Source: Adineta vaga
Taxonomy: Eukaryota; Animalia; Rotifera
DNA length: 64,000 nucleotides
Direction of reading: 5' to 3'
NCBI GenBank assembly: GCA_021613535.1
Contig: CP075493.1
Span: forward strand, 9,300,001-9,364,000
Of this stretch, positions 38,046 through 52,237 are shown one piece after another. The notes under the pieces are model-generated. The model was not told the DNA's origin. It saw only the letters and a list, made by a program, of their open reading frames with translations, and did no database searches. A program made the position numbers and the translations under genes. Each line of letters opens with the position of its first letter. The first letter of the stretch is position 1.

Positions 38046-40381
38046 CTAAACTTGTATTGGATCATCATGTTCCGCTCTGGCAGCTCTAATACAACAACTG
38101 CCGCATAAAGAGATAAGTACGGCTATAGATGTGATGATCAATGTTATAAAAGCACAGTAGAACACAGTACTATCACAATAGTAACTTAAATTCGAAGGAT
38201 CATCAAATTGTACTATTGCATACGCACCAAATATCCAAACACATCCCTAATTAAAAGCATATTATTATTGTTTAGAACAATTAGAAAAATAACTTACGAC
38301 AAAAAACCATCCAAGATATATAATATATAATAAATATTGAAAAAATGAGCCAATATCTTTTGCTTTGCCCATTTTATTTTTCAAAAAAAACTATAAATAA
38401 AATAAAAATTATTAGAGAGATATCTATCATCTGAATTCGATTAGACGAATACCTCAATTGATCTCTTAACGATATGCAAAGTTATTTCATATTCAATGTT
38501 CAATGATGTAATAGCTTTGGTATACTTATTCTATTTCCATACTACATTCTCATTTTAGAGACATACTGCATTATAGAACTTTTCAACTTTAGAAAGAAAG
38601 ATATCTTACCATGCTAACTATTAGTACAAGTAAAGATATCCCAAGGATGCCTGACACCAGAAGATACGTTGGAATAAGATCATTCATAGGACAACTGTTC
38701 TTGTACATACTACCAATGATAACCTGAACGATAGGTAAGATTAATAGGATACCAACAAGCCCGACAACTATTGAAAATTTTTGTGATAATCCTACAATTT
38801 TGTCCAAAATACCATTAGACTCATCTGATGTAATTTTGGCTTTGCATGTCCGAGAAGAGTTTGGATTTCCTGATTAGATGGTGCTTCGATATCTGGATCA
38901 AGTACTATTTCGTTTTCATTGACACGAGTTATTTTATCATCAGGAATTGATACAATACTCGGTTTGTCATTGTCAAAAGTTGATGTCTTTGTTGATACAC
39001 CTGTGTTTACAATCTGACTAAGATTTTTGTTTGATCCTTGATTATTTGTACTTTGCAATAGTATTTCATCTTGCTTAATGGGTTTAGGCTCAACCGAATT
39101 ATTAATAATAATAATATCGGTAGGCTTGCTTAGTGCTTGATTATCTTCATTATTCGAAGTTGTTGTAGCATTTAATGATGATGATAATACGTCTTCTTTT
39201 TTATCATCTGATATGATTTGACTTTCTTTGGCACTGTCTGGTACATCAGTTGCAGTTAGAGAAGGAACATCTGGATTTTCTGGTTTGCCTGTTGTTACTT
39301 CATTTACCGTAGACGTCGACTCTTCAGGTGCACTGGCTGTCTTATCAACTGCATCTTTTGAATCTGTCGAAATCGGTGTTGTTTCATTTGTCGCATTGGT
39401 TGAATTCTGAGTTGTTTCTGATAATGGTTCATTACCCGCATTTATTGAATCTTGTGTTGTTATTGTTGTTGGTTCACTACTAGCATCTGATGGTGCCTGT
39501 GTACTCAATGATGGCTCATCTGTTACATTTGTCGACTGTATCGGTGTTACTGTTGCTTCTTCATCCGCATCTGTTGAATCTTGAGTTTTTGATGGTGGTT
39601 CACCTTCCACATTCGTTGAGTCATTAGATGTTGCTGGTGGTTCATCACTTTTATTTGTCAACTCTTGATTTACTGTTGTAGCATTTGCATCGACTGTATC
39701 GTTAGCTGGTGGCGGTTCTTCTGCTGAATCATTAGATGTTGCTGGTGGTTCATCGCTTTTATTTGCCGACTCTTGAGCTGGTGTTGTAGCATTTGCATCG
39801 GCTGTATCGTTAACTGGTGGTGGTTCATCGGCTGTATCATTAGATGTTGCTGGTGGTTCATCGGCTGTATCGTTAACTGGTGGTGGTTCATCTGCTGAAT
39901 CATTAGATGTTGCTGGTGGTTCATCACTTTTATTTGTCGACTCTTGAGCTGGTGTTGTAGCATTTGCATCGGCTGTATCGTTAGCTGGTGGTGGTTCATC
40001 TGCTGAATCATTAGATGTTGCTGATGGTTCATCACTTTTATTTGTCGACTCTTCAGCTGCTACTTCTGTTGACGCTGCTGCAGACTCTTCATTTTTATCT
40101 GTTGATTGTGTCGGTGCTGCTTCATTGCTTGTGTCTGAGACAGGATTCGTATCCTGCTGGGAGTCGCCTTTAGCGCTCACACTTTCTGTTCCTGTTGCAT
40201 TGGTGTCGGACACCTGCTCGTCTTGTTTAGTTGGTTCCATTTCAGTACCTTCTTTTCGTTCATCTGCATCGCTCTTAGGATTCTCGTCAGTATGTTTGCT
40301 GGCGTCCTTGTCATTTTGTCTATTTTCATCTATTTCGGATTGCTGTTTCTGATCTTTTTCTTCATCTTTTTGGTCATCCAT
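38046..40381 (-). CDS. TMEM272-like 4-TM protein with a ~500-aa acidic repetitive N-terminus; one apparent frameshift at ~38867
   Basis: IIGSMYKNSCPMNDLIPTYLLVSG; GCVWIFGAYAIVQFDDPSNLSYYCDSTVFYCAF; long upstream low-complexity ORF. Confidence 0.7.
39620..40055 (-). repeat. Coding minisatellite with higher-order units (SNDSADEPPPxNDTADANATTPAQESxNKSDEPPAT)
   Basis: Near-identical DNA blocks such as CATTAGATGTTGCTGGTGGTTCATC recur five times. Confidence 0.9.
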
Positions 40382-41605
40382 GCTAATGTAAATAAAACAG
40401 AAAAGTTAAAAATGTACGTCATTATATTATTCTTGAGAAGGAATATAGATAAAGCTTTTATGATGTCAAAAGGAGATAGATATGATGTGCTTATTATGAC
40501 ATTCATCCAAGACGTGAAAGTAGTAAAAAAAAACCGCAAACTCAAAACATAAATAAAAGTGGTTTTTTCCCAACCATAAACGTTTTGCATATATACTTAA
40601 AAATAAATAAAAGAAGCATACGTAAATTTAGTATTATTATTGATATCTTGAATACAATTTCTAATATTTGGGCTTATGTACTTTTAAATTGAAATTTACT
40701 ACTTATAATTAACGCTTGCTGAGCATATACCAATCACTTTATTTATATAAAATAGATCATACCTGAACAGATTCGTTTGTTCCAATGTCAATATGATCTT
40801 CTATTCCAAGTTTTCTTCTTCTCAGTATTACCACAATACACAGTTTTCTTTTTATCCCACCAGACGAATTTTGTCAGAGGTAAATTATCTTCACTCGTAA
40901 CTTTGCCGATTTACGTCGGTTTTATGTCTTTATACATGCAGGAAAAAAAACGAATAACGTCTATATCGGTTATCTTTTCATTCTGAATGATACGAAGTTG
41001 AAAAAAAAAGAGATAACATTGCTCCATTCAACAGTTGGCTAGAGCAAAGATGTAAGAAGTGAGAAAGAAAAAGTCATCTCAAGATGTTTATTTATAAATT
41101 TGAATTTCAGATCAGAGAAGAAAGAAACTCGAAACAGGTTTTTTTGAGTATTTTCTTAATTAATCTAATCAAAATCTTTGTTCATTCTTAATGAAGATCA
41201 ATTCAATTAATGATAGTACAGAATTGATTATATTTTAATATTGTATATATTTCAATAAAATATCTTGTGTGAAAGAGCGTATGTTTTATCAGTAGTTATC
41301 TTCGAAGGTTAAAGTTTTGAAAAGGACTGACTTATCGATGATGTCAATTAACTTAGAACAATACGAATATAATCAATTATCTTTCTTGCTTTACAAAATA
41401 ACATCAACTAGCAAACATAGACGATGATAATATATGTTTTTTTCAATTTCATTTCATGATCATGAACTGAGAGAAATCTTATTTTTATTGGACTTAAATT
41501 CTATCCAATAAGAACTTCTCTGATTAATCATCCGATCCGACATCTATTAATAGTCAAACAAATAAAACGACGTTTCGTGTATTCTATTCATTTTAGATTA
41601 AACAA

Positions 41606-42908
41606 ATGCCACCACCAGCAACTACAACATCGGCTAAGCCGACCGGTGATGAACAAGTTCCCAATGAAAATGGTTTATCAATCGAAAAAAATCTTTCATC
41701 ATCAATATCTCCATTGAATAAAATTGAAAAAGTCGTTGTTCATCCACTTGTTCTTCTCAGTGTAGTTGATCATTTTAATCGTATGGGAAAAATAGGAAAT
41801 TCACAACGTGTTGTTGGACTCTTACTTGGTTCACTTAAGAATAAAATTCTTGATGTTTCAAATAGTTTTGCATGTAAGATTTGTTCTAATTAATCGATTT
41901 ATAATAATCCGTTTTCTTTCATTTTGTTTTGCATAGTACCATTCGATGAAGAAGATAAAGAAAAAGATGTTTGGTTTCTTGATCATGAATATTTGGAAAA
42001 TATGTACACAATGTTTAGAAAAGTCAATGGTGAGAAAGATACACATGATAGATGTAAAGAAATAACATGATGTTTATTTTAGCTCGTGAACGTATTGTTG
42101 GATGGTATCATACTGGTCCCAAATTGCATCGAAATGATATTTCAATTAATGAATTAATTCGAGGATATCATCCAGATTCAGTTCTTGTTATAATCGATGC
42201 AAAACCAAAAGATTTAGGTTTGCCAACCGAAGCTTATATGGCTGTCGAAGAAATTCATGATGTGAGTCAATTGATTTCATAATTTATTTTCTTTATCTTT
42301 ATTCCAATAGGATGGAAGTCCAGCATCGAAAACATTCGAACATTTACCATCAGAGATTGGTGCAGAAGAAGCAGAAGAAGTTGGTGTCGAACATCTTCTT
42401 CGGTATGTAATGAAACATTGAAATAATGCTATTGAATGATCTTTCTTCGATGGTTCTTAGTGATATTCGTAATGCAACTGTTGGTACATTATCTCAACGT
42501 ATAACGAATCAGTTAATGGGTCTTAAAGGTTTAACAAAAAGTTTATATGATGTTCGGGCATATCTTGATAAGCTATTAGCAAATAAATTACCATTAAATC
42601 ATCAAATTTTATCACATATCCAAGATATGTTTAATTTATTACCAGATGTTACTCAGCAAGATTTGATCAAATCAATTTATGTGAAAACAAATGATGAAAT
42701 GTTACTTGTTTATCTTTCATCATTGATTCGTTCGATTATAGCTTTACATAATTTAATTATGAATAAAATTCAAAATTCTGATGCTGAAAAAACAGACAGT
42801 ACAACAACGGCAACGACAGCAACATCAACAACAGCGGCGACAAATGCTGATAAGAAAGGAGAAAAAGGAAGCGGTGATAAATCAACAACAAATGGCAACT
42901 CTGGTTAA
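41606..42908 (+). CDS. PSMD7: 26S proteasome lid subunit Rpn8
   Basis: [18 protein letters not shown]; [13 protein letters not shown]; [15 protein letters not shown]; KTNDEML. Confidence 0.97.
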
Positions 42909-43052
42909 AAAATATATCTCTCTTTTTCTTGTTCTTTCTCTTCTTTTATTTGAATAAACTCGAACTCGAAAGAGTCAAAAAGAAAAAGAAAGAGTCAATC
43001 ATATTCTGTCATACAAACAAGTTCATTCTATGAATTTCTTGTACGTTTTTAG

Positions 43053-44499
43053 ATGCAATTGCGAGTTCTTACTTTAAACATTTGGGGCGTGCATTATTTG
43101 GCGAAACTTATTGATCAACGAATTCAAGCATTAGTTCAACATTTACTAAACACTGATGTAATTTATGATATTATTGGATTACAAGAGGTAAATTTAAAAT
43201 AAGACTAATAGGTTTCGGATGGTTTTCTTTTGATTTTTGTAGGTTTGGAGTAAAACTGATTATTTGTACATACGTGATCAGATAAAAAATATTTATCCAC
43301 ATAGTTATTATTTTTTAAGTGGCCTATTCGGTTCAGGTTGTTGTATCTTTTCTCGCCATCCAATCATTGGAGTTTATGAACATTTATATACATTGAATGG
43401 TAACAAACAAAGACATATCATAATACACTCAGATGAATTTATATTTCAGGATTTCCTCATAAAATCCAACACGGTGATTATTTTGCTGGGAAATTAATTG
43501 GTTTATGTAAAATTTTAATTAATGATTTTGTCGTCAATGTTTATAATACACATTTACATGCGAATTATCATCATGTTATTCCACAAGATATCTATTTAGG
43601 ACATCGAATATGTCAAGCATATGAATTGATTCAATTCATTGAAAGTACTTCGTCAGCCGAAACAACAAATTTAACCATTCTCTTAGGTGATTTAAATTTA
43701 ACAAGTACAGATTTAGGTTTTCAACTTATTCGCGGTGTTTTACAACTTCATGATTCTTTTCTCGATCGTATTAATAAAGTCAGTTGATACTTGATGAACA
43801 AAATATAATTTTCTTCTCTATCTAAAGGATATTTTTGATCCATCTGTTGGTAATAATGGTATGACATGTGATTTACCTGATAATCCATATGTTATTCCAC
43901 ATGAACATCAAGGTGATGGTGAACGTATCGACTATATACTTTTTCGAGCACGACACGGTTTGTACAAAATTTCAATTGATGAAATATAAAAACAATATAT
44001 TGTCACTTTTCTTTTGATAGATAATGTTAAATGTCTCGAAGCATATCCAACCTTACATAAAGTTCCGAATAATGCCACTGGACTTTATTATTCTGATCAT
44101 TTAGCTATGTATGCTTTATTTGAAATCGATCGAAATGCTTCAGAAAAAGCAATTAAACCACTTGAAGATGTTGAAATAGCTGATGAACAAACCCGAGAAA
44201 TTCTTCATTCAGCTTGTATCATTGTTGAAGAGACTATTCAACGTATCCAACGTCAACGATTATATTGTGCTTTTGCTGTATTTATTCTAGTTTTTATTCT
44301 CTTCTCAATTAATGGCAATTCTTTAACCAATAGTTATCTTTATACAACATTTACTATTATAAAAAATCTTCTTTGCATCATTGGAATTGCTGTATGTGTA
44401 TGGTTTATTTGTTTGGGTAAACCTGTCGAACGTAATGCATTAAGTTCTATACAAAATGCAATGCGAATACGATTACGTGCAGCACATTTTACTTATTAA
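43053..44499 (+). CDS. SMPD2: Neutral sphingomyelinase 1-like (EEP fold, two C-terminal TM helices)
   Basis: LRVLTLNIWG; IIGLQEVW; YNTHLHA; LGDLN; RIDYIL; YSDH. Confidence 0.9.
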
Positions 44500-45162
44500 T
44501 CATTTCTTTTGGCATCTTTAATTAAGATGTTTAGTAAATAGATAAAGAACAATATTTCTACATTGAAAATGTGATTATTTATTTGATTTTGTAAATAAAA
44601 TTTCAATAATTATCGTTATGAGAATGTAAAATTCGTCTATTGATCGATGACATTGTTTGAAAATAGAAAGTCAATAAAATTTTACTCTATATCAAATAAG
44701 TTATAATCGAGCGATAAATCTCTTCAAAAACGGGGCGAATCATTTTCTTTCCCGATGTCATCAGGATATAAAATAAAGAACGAGAAAAAATATTTAAAGA
44801 AAGAAGGATCATTATATGACAAAAAAATGTTTCGTTGTCATTTGATTTTAATATAAAGAAAAGAAAAAAAAATGTCAACAGCAACCTAGAAACAATACCC
44901 GAAACAAATCCAAGTAAGATTTGATATCATAGAGTTAGTTAAGAACATTCGCATCATGAATGAGAGTAGTTCTCTTCCATTTTGCTTTCCATAGAGACCT
45001 CTTTGTGGTAAACATAACATATATTTTTTGTATTCTGTAAGAACGAATGGAATACAATCTTCTTTCTTCCTTTATGATTATGACAGAAAGAAGAAGAAGA
45101 AGAAGATAGGAATATTTTAGTTCTTCTTGTCTAATTCACATTCCTTCGGTTTTTTTTTCATC

Positions 45163-47458
45163 ATGAGTCGGTCGAAAGAACAAGACAAGGGTAGATCGAA
45201 TGTTGTTTTTGTAAATAAAAAACTCGATTTTCGAATATTTAGATCCCAAGTTGCAACTTAAACAACGTCGCGTACTAAAACGTTTATTTCGATATAGCCG
45301 AGATGATTGGCCATTGATTACATTTGGTACCATACTTTTATTAGGAGGAGCTTTATGCAAGCACTATCGTTTTTTTTATGTCCGAAAATTCATAATTTTC
45401 TTCTTCTAGCTGAAGTTTTTGTACCATTATATACGGGAAGATTATTATCCAGTGTTGCGTTTAAAGAAGAATGGAACAAATTCAAACACAATTTAATCAT
45501 GTTTGTTATCGTTAATTTTTCTGGGTATAATTCATTGAATAATAGTAATCATGAACAAGACGTTTTTTTGTTTTCTAGAGGTTTTTTCGGTGGATTTCGT
45601 ATCGGTATATTTGCCATATGTGTATCACGTCTTAATATTCGTTTACGAACGAAATTATTTCAATCCTACACTCGACAAGAAATTGGCTTTTTTGATACAC
45701 ATGAAAGTGGAAAATTACTTTCACGACTTAATCATGATACACAGATCATGAGTTCAATTGTTGCCAATAATATTGCACAATGTATTGGTGCATTGATTAA
45801 ATTTGGTAGGTCATTTAGTTTTCATTGCTGCTGCTGTTGTTGTTAACAATTCTATGTTTTAGTCGGTACATTTATTATGATGATTAATTTAAGTTTACAT
45901 TTAACGATTGCTTGTCTTATTGGTGCACCATTGATTTTAATTGTAGCAAAATTAAGTGGCAATGCTCATCGACGTATATCAGAGAAAGTTCAAGATTTAT
46001 CAGCAGATGCATCGGAAATAGCTGAAGAAACAATTCAAACGATTCGAACGGTTCGAAGTTTTGGAAACGAAGATGAAGAATTAAAACGATTTGCTGATAT
46101 TCTCAAAGAATCATACAAAGCTTCACTTATACAAGCAGCATTATCGGCTGCACAGAAATGGTTTGTTGAAGTAGGTCTTATATTTGTTATCATATTATTA
46201 GTTAAAAACAAATTTTTTTGTTCATTAGTTAGCACAACTTGGTATGAGTGTAGTTATGTTAACATATGGTGCAAGATTGGTACATGAAAATAGAGTTAAA
46301 GGATCTGATTTATTAGCATTCGTTATCTATCAATTAACTCTTGGAGCAATCTTAAGTGTAAGTGAATTGATTTGATATTTTCCTAGAAAATTAAATTCTT
46401 TAAATATATTGAAGGATATTTCTCAAATATATACAGCAATGATGACAGCAGCTGGTGCAAGTCAATCCGTATTTGATTATCTTGATCGTAAACCTTTACA
46501 ATATCCAAGTGGTACATTAGAACCAAATGAATTACGCGGTGAAATTGAATTCGATAATGTTTCATTAGTTTATCCAGCAAGACCAAATGAAGTTGCCGTA
46601 AAAGTAAGTTGAACTCTTTTTTTTTCTTTCATAAACTTTGTTATTTGATAGAACATATCATTCAAAATTCAACCTGGTCAAACATGTGCATTTGTTGGAC
46701 CATCTGGTTCGGGTAAATTGAAAAAATGAATTATTAAAAAAGAAATAATTCTTCGATGATTCTGTTTCATCTTAGGAAAATCAACATGTATTAATCTACT
46801 CGAACGTTTCTATGATCCAAGTAGTGGGAAAATTTTGATTGATGGAAAAGAAATTCAAGATTATGATCATAAATATCTTCATAAAAACATCGCTATGGTT
46901 GGTCAAGAACCCATTCTATTCAATCGAACAATAAAAGAAAATATTTCATATGGATTAGAAAATCAAGACGATGCAGCAGTAATTCAAGCTGCAGACAAAG
47001 CGAATGCACATGGATTTATCATTGATCTTACCAATGGATATAATACAATGTGTGGACAACGAGGTGGACATTTATCTGGTGGTCAAAAGCAACGTGTTTC
47101 AATTGCTCGTGCAATCATTCGAAAACCGACTATACTCTTATTAGATGAAGCCACATCTGCATTGGATCCTGTCAATGAACGAATGGTAAAAATCTTCGTA
47201 GTTTATTTCCAATCAACTTTTTCTCTCTTTTAAAATTAGATTCAAGATGCATTATTCTATAATAAAGAAAAACATGAACAACGAACTGTTCTGATTTCAG
47301 CACATCGATTGAGTACAATCGAACGATGTGATAGAATATTTGTTATTCACAAAGGTATTTTAATTGAACAAGGTACACATGAAGAATTAATAGAAATTGA
47401 ACATGGAATTTATCGCGAACTTGTTCGACGACAACAGATGGATATAGATAGTATTTGA
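45163..47458 (+). CDS. ABCB9/TAP-like half ABC transporter lacking TMD0; includes a GC-AG intron at 45357-45409
   Basis: EVFVPLYTG; QEIGFFD; IRTVRSFGNE; Walker A GPSGSGKST; LSGGQKQR; LLLDEATSALD; AHRLST. Confidence 0.88.
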
Positions 47459-47957
47459 TTAGAAAAAAGAGTCTATCAATCAATATTGTTGTTTTTTGTT
47501 TAATCAAGCGTTTTTTGATATTGTGCAATATAGAAAGAAATCATTTGTATTTTTTTGTTACTATTGTAATTGATTGAAACATATATTTTGTCGCAGATCA
47601 AATCTACATTTCCTCTTTTTTTTACAGAAAATTAGTCTTGTGAATAAATCAGTGAAATGCATGTATTAACTTTAATATTCTGAGTTAAGTTATGAACACT
47701 GGAAAGATAAAAACAAACAAAAATAGCTATTCAACATTGCCTGTTCACTATGACATCTTCAACTTTATTAAAGTAAATTTTTCAGTGTCAGAAACAACCA
47801 ATAGCATAAGTAAACGCTCATTCTCTTCTTTTCTTTTTCAAACAAGATGTTGTCATTGCACAACGATGGTGTAATATGTCAATAACACGCAAAAATATCA
47901 GAATAAATACCCTTGAAAAAAAACTATTCTTTCATAAACTAAGTTACTTTTACTCAA

Positions 47958-49618
47958 ATGTCGAAACGTACTGGAACAAAACGTAAAGCTGCAACAACTG
48001 CAGATCATGAAATGAAACGTTCGAAAGGTGAAACCAATGTTTTCAATTTAAAATGGTATGAAGAAGGTGAACCATTATCAAAAGGTTTTGTTCCATTAGT
48101 ATATATGTATGATGATACACTACCTGGTTCATCAAAAATTGCTGCATTTGATATGGATTCAACATTAATTAATGTGAAATCTGGTGCAAAATTCGCTCGA
48201 AGTATGTTCAAGAAAAAAATATTAATTTGATGAATATTTTTCTAATATGATTTAGATCATACGGATTGGGTTTGGTGGCATGAAACTGTTCCAAAAAAGC
48301 TTGCAGAATTACATAATGATGGATATCGTTTGATAATTTTTACAAATCAAGGTGGTATTGAAAAGCAACATACAAAATTAGATGATATTAAGCGTAAATG
48401 TGAAAAACTAGTTGAAGAAACGAATGCACCGATTTATGTGTATATTGCTACTGGTGAAAATCATTTTCGAAAACCAGCTACATCTATGTTTGATTTTTTC
48501 GTGGAAAATTGTAATCAAAATGTTGAGGTAAATATAAAAGCAGTTGTTGTGTTCCCAATGGAAGCATATTCTTCTTTTTTTTATTATAAATGATAGATTG
48601 ATAAAAAGAATAGTTTCTATTGTGGTGATGCTGCGGGACGTGTTAATAATTGGCAACCAGGCAAGAAAAAAGATTTTTCATGTGCTGATCGAAAATTTGC
48701 AAATAACATTGGTTTACGTAAGTTTTAAAGTCAATGTGATTTATTTGGAACTATTTTGTGGATGATTATTTTCAGCATTTAAAACACCTGAAGAATGTTT
48801 TCTTGATGAAGCACCTACGACTAAATATGAATGGGGTTCCATTAATCCACGCGAATACATTACTAAATTGCCCAAAGGCAATACAACACAAGTTTATCAT
48901 AAAAATGTAAAGTTTGCACCGCAATAAAGATGAGTACATTTTATATCTATTGTTTTGTTGTCTAGAATCAAGAAGTTGTTATTCTTCAAGGACCACCTGC
49001 ATCAGGTTTGTTGAAAGAAGAAAAAAATATGAGATTTTTTACTTTTTATTTGAACTCTCAATCATTTAGGAAAGAGTACATTTTCTCGTCGATATTTTCA
49101 ACCACATAATTACGAAATAATCAATCGTGATACACTTCAAACGGCAGCGAAATGTTTAAAAGTAAGTGTATTATATCAATAGGCAAAATCCTTTTGTAAG
49201 TACATTCTTCTTAGGCAGCAAAAGAAGCTTTAAGTAACGGTAAAAGTGTCGTCATTGATAATACAAATCCAGGTGCTGATACCCGATCAGAATATATTGC
49301 TTTAGCTAAATCTCATAAAATACCATGTCGTTGCTTTGTTTTCAATACGCCGATTGAACTATGTCATCATTTAAATTATGTACGTGTTCATCAAACATCT
49401 GGTGATGTTCGTCGAATTCCTGGTATGTTAAATGAGTAAAAGTATTCTAATCTATCAATATAATGGCTATTTTAGATGTCGGATATAATATGTATAAGAA
49501 AAATTATGTAGCACCAAAAGCATCTGAAGGTCTTGATGAAATTACAACGATTGACTTTGCTCCAAAATTTGATTCGGAAACACATGAAAAAATTTTTCAT
49601 TATTATACAGAATCTTAA
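47958..49618 (+). CDS. PNKP: Polynucleotide kinase 3'-phosphatase (no FHA domain)
   Basis: [11 protein letters not shown]; IFTNQGGI; FRKP; FYCGDAAGR; kinase GPPASGKST; VIDNTNP. Confidence 0.93.
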
Positions 49619-52237
49619 TAGAATGTTTTCTTGTGCTTTTGTTTTGTTTTTGTAATATTGATGCGTGATATGGTTGACTATTGTATCCTATTCTAAGTGT
49701 TTAATAGATGAATAATAACGAAAAACGCATAGTTCTTCGCCTAGTCAAGAGTTATTCATACGGGAAAACATTGAAATCTTTAGAGATTTGAATCTATTAG
49801 TATATAGAACAACATTGATTTGTAGTTGGGCTAGATCAAATGAGAAGTTCGAAAGATTATTTCAACATGCAAATACAACGTTGGCATCATTTCATACATG
49901 TATATGTGATCTTAATTGATATTCTTTACAATGATTGTAATTCAATATATTGGTTCATTGGTAGGATTTACTACATCTAATATATATTAGAAGTAAATAT
50001 ATTAAAAGAACACTCTCAACTTAATATAATGTTCTTCCGTGAGAAGAAAATCAGGCATTATAAAAACTACTCATTCTTTCTTTGCAATCATTCATATTTC
50101 TGTTCTTGTTGTGATTCGAAACTCTTTCTCTCTTTCTATATTTATATATATATATATATATATATATACAACAACTATAATCTCATAACAAAAGGAAAAA
50201 GAAAAAAAATCTTATTAGTTTCGTATTTCCTTTCGTGCTTGCCTTCGTTCTATAGTTAATCTGTATGTCTGATACTATTTTTTTGCTTTGTTTTCACATG
50301 AATAGCATCATTTAGAGTTAGATAATAGATTTACTCATTTACTTTTACTCTTTTGTAAATTTTTTTAATAGACTGGAATTATAGTCAAAGTATTTCAATC
50401 GAAACAATACCATTGAGATGATAATTATACTATCGATATGACGAAAAGAATCCGTAAGTAAAAGAGAAAAGAAAGACGAAGGTAATTGCTTGTAAGATTA
50501 AAAGTATAGTTGTCTTCATTTTTCTTCTTGTTAGAAAGTATTCTTCGGAAAATTAGAGGAAGTGAGTTTTTCCTTGGTATCGTCTTATCAGACTTTGTAA
50601 TGTCATGTTTCTTGATTTTCTTTTTGTTAGTCAAGAAAAAAAATATATGATCTACTGTCACACCTATTATTAAGAACAAGATGCGCCAGTCAATATAAGC
50701 AATGAAGCAAATTCAACCAAAAAGAAGAATGCAACATGCTACATAAAGACGCCCACGATTTAATTAATGCATCTTCCTATCTCTCTCTATCTCTCTCTTT
50801 CGCAAAAAGACATCAATTGTGCGTCGTTCATAAGTAGTTCATTCTTGTCATTTTAGTGAACAGAAAAAAAAGAAGAAGAGAATTCTACTTCTTCTTTTGA
50901 ACATCTTTTTTCTAAAAAATATTCTTCTTCTTTCTCTTTTTTTTTAAAGAAGAAGTAACAGTAGGTTTACTGAATAAGTTCTATCTTTTTGATTATAAAA
51001 TCAAACTATCAGTCGTGCGTCACTTCGAATTTTTTCTAGGATGATCTTCATCAGCAGAACTATCGATACTCAGAGCTGTTTTATTAGATTTTGAGTCGTC
51101 TTATATTCTTATACCACGAACTAATGTCATTATTAATAGAACTACAAGTTTCGAAAAGAGAAGAAAAAAGAAGATAAAAGAAAATGCAATGCAACGTTGA
51201 TTTTAGAGGACTGTTGATCGTATCGTCTCTTTTTTTTATTCTTCGACACTACAAATACTGGAGAGAAGAAAAAAAGAAAAATGATGATGATGATGATGAT
51301 GACGGTGATTGGCGAAAGACGTTTATCGTCTAAACTAAAAGAAAAAGATAGCACAGGATGTCAGATGTTCTTTGTGTCACATTCAATATTTATGTCTTTG
51401 TTATCCTAAGAAGAATTTCTATGTAAGACTAAATCATTGATCTTCTCTAGAATGTATGTAGATGTTTTCCTATCTTACTAATCGATTTATCTTTCTTGTT
51501 TATATTGGATATAACTATCTAATGAATTTCTAGTCCTTAAAATTATCACAATATATAGGAATAGAAGATTTCTTTGATACTAGAATGAGCGTTAATAATG
51601 ATTTCAACTTTAGTTTTTAGTTTTAATTAAATGTCATATTATTATCAATACAAGAGATTTCTTTCATAGGAAGGAAATGTTCCAGTATTCTTCATATTTA
51701 TATAGCTGTTTCGTTTCAAGGTCGTACGGTGACCTTTTTTAGACAAAACATACAAGTTGTTTCCCTTTCTTTTCTTTTTTTTTCATTCAGACACTATCGA
51801 GAGTATATAGTCTTGAATAGCTCGTTCGTTCCTTCGTCGGAAAATTCTCTCAAATAGAGACAATATATGTTTTCTAAGAACTCGACAAAATAGGTTTGAT
51901 ATCAAAACGAGAAATGACATCAACAACAAGAAAATACGTCTGTTTACATATTATTCGATAGCTTCGTTTTGTCTTCTATCAACAATTCTCTAGTCAAAAT
52001 TGCTTACGTACACATCTGTACGTCGTTGTCGTCGTTTTTCTTTCCTTCTTCTTTTTTCTGTTTTCTTCTCGACTACAAGATCAATCTTCATTGATAGTCA
52101 GATGCGCTACACACTTAACTAAATGATTTACGCATGCTTATAACTACTCTATCATCTCGGTCGACTATCCTATCATGGAATTGTTTTTTCTTCTTCTTTC
52201 GACTTCTAGACTCGTTTTCTTTTTAGTCTACTGAAAT

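Noticed and set aside
39620-40055. Regularly spaced direct repeats resembling a CRISPR array
   Set aside because: The intervening segments are themselves repeated and in frame within an ORF; eukaryotic context with no cas genes
49700-52200. Short ORFs upstream of the SLC4 gene
   Set aside because: A/T-run-derived F/K/I-rich translations; probably regulatory or UTR sequence
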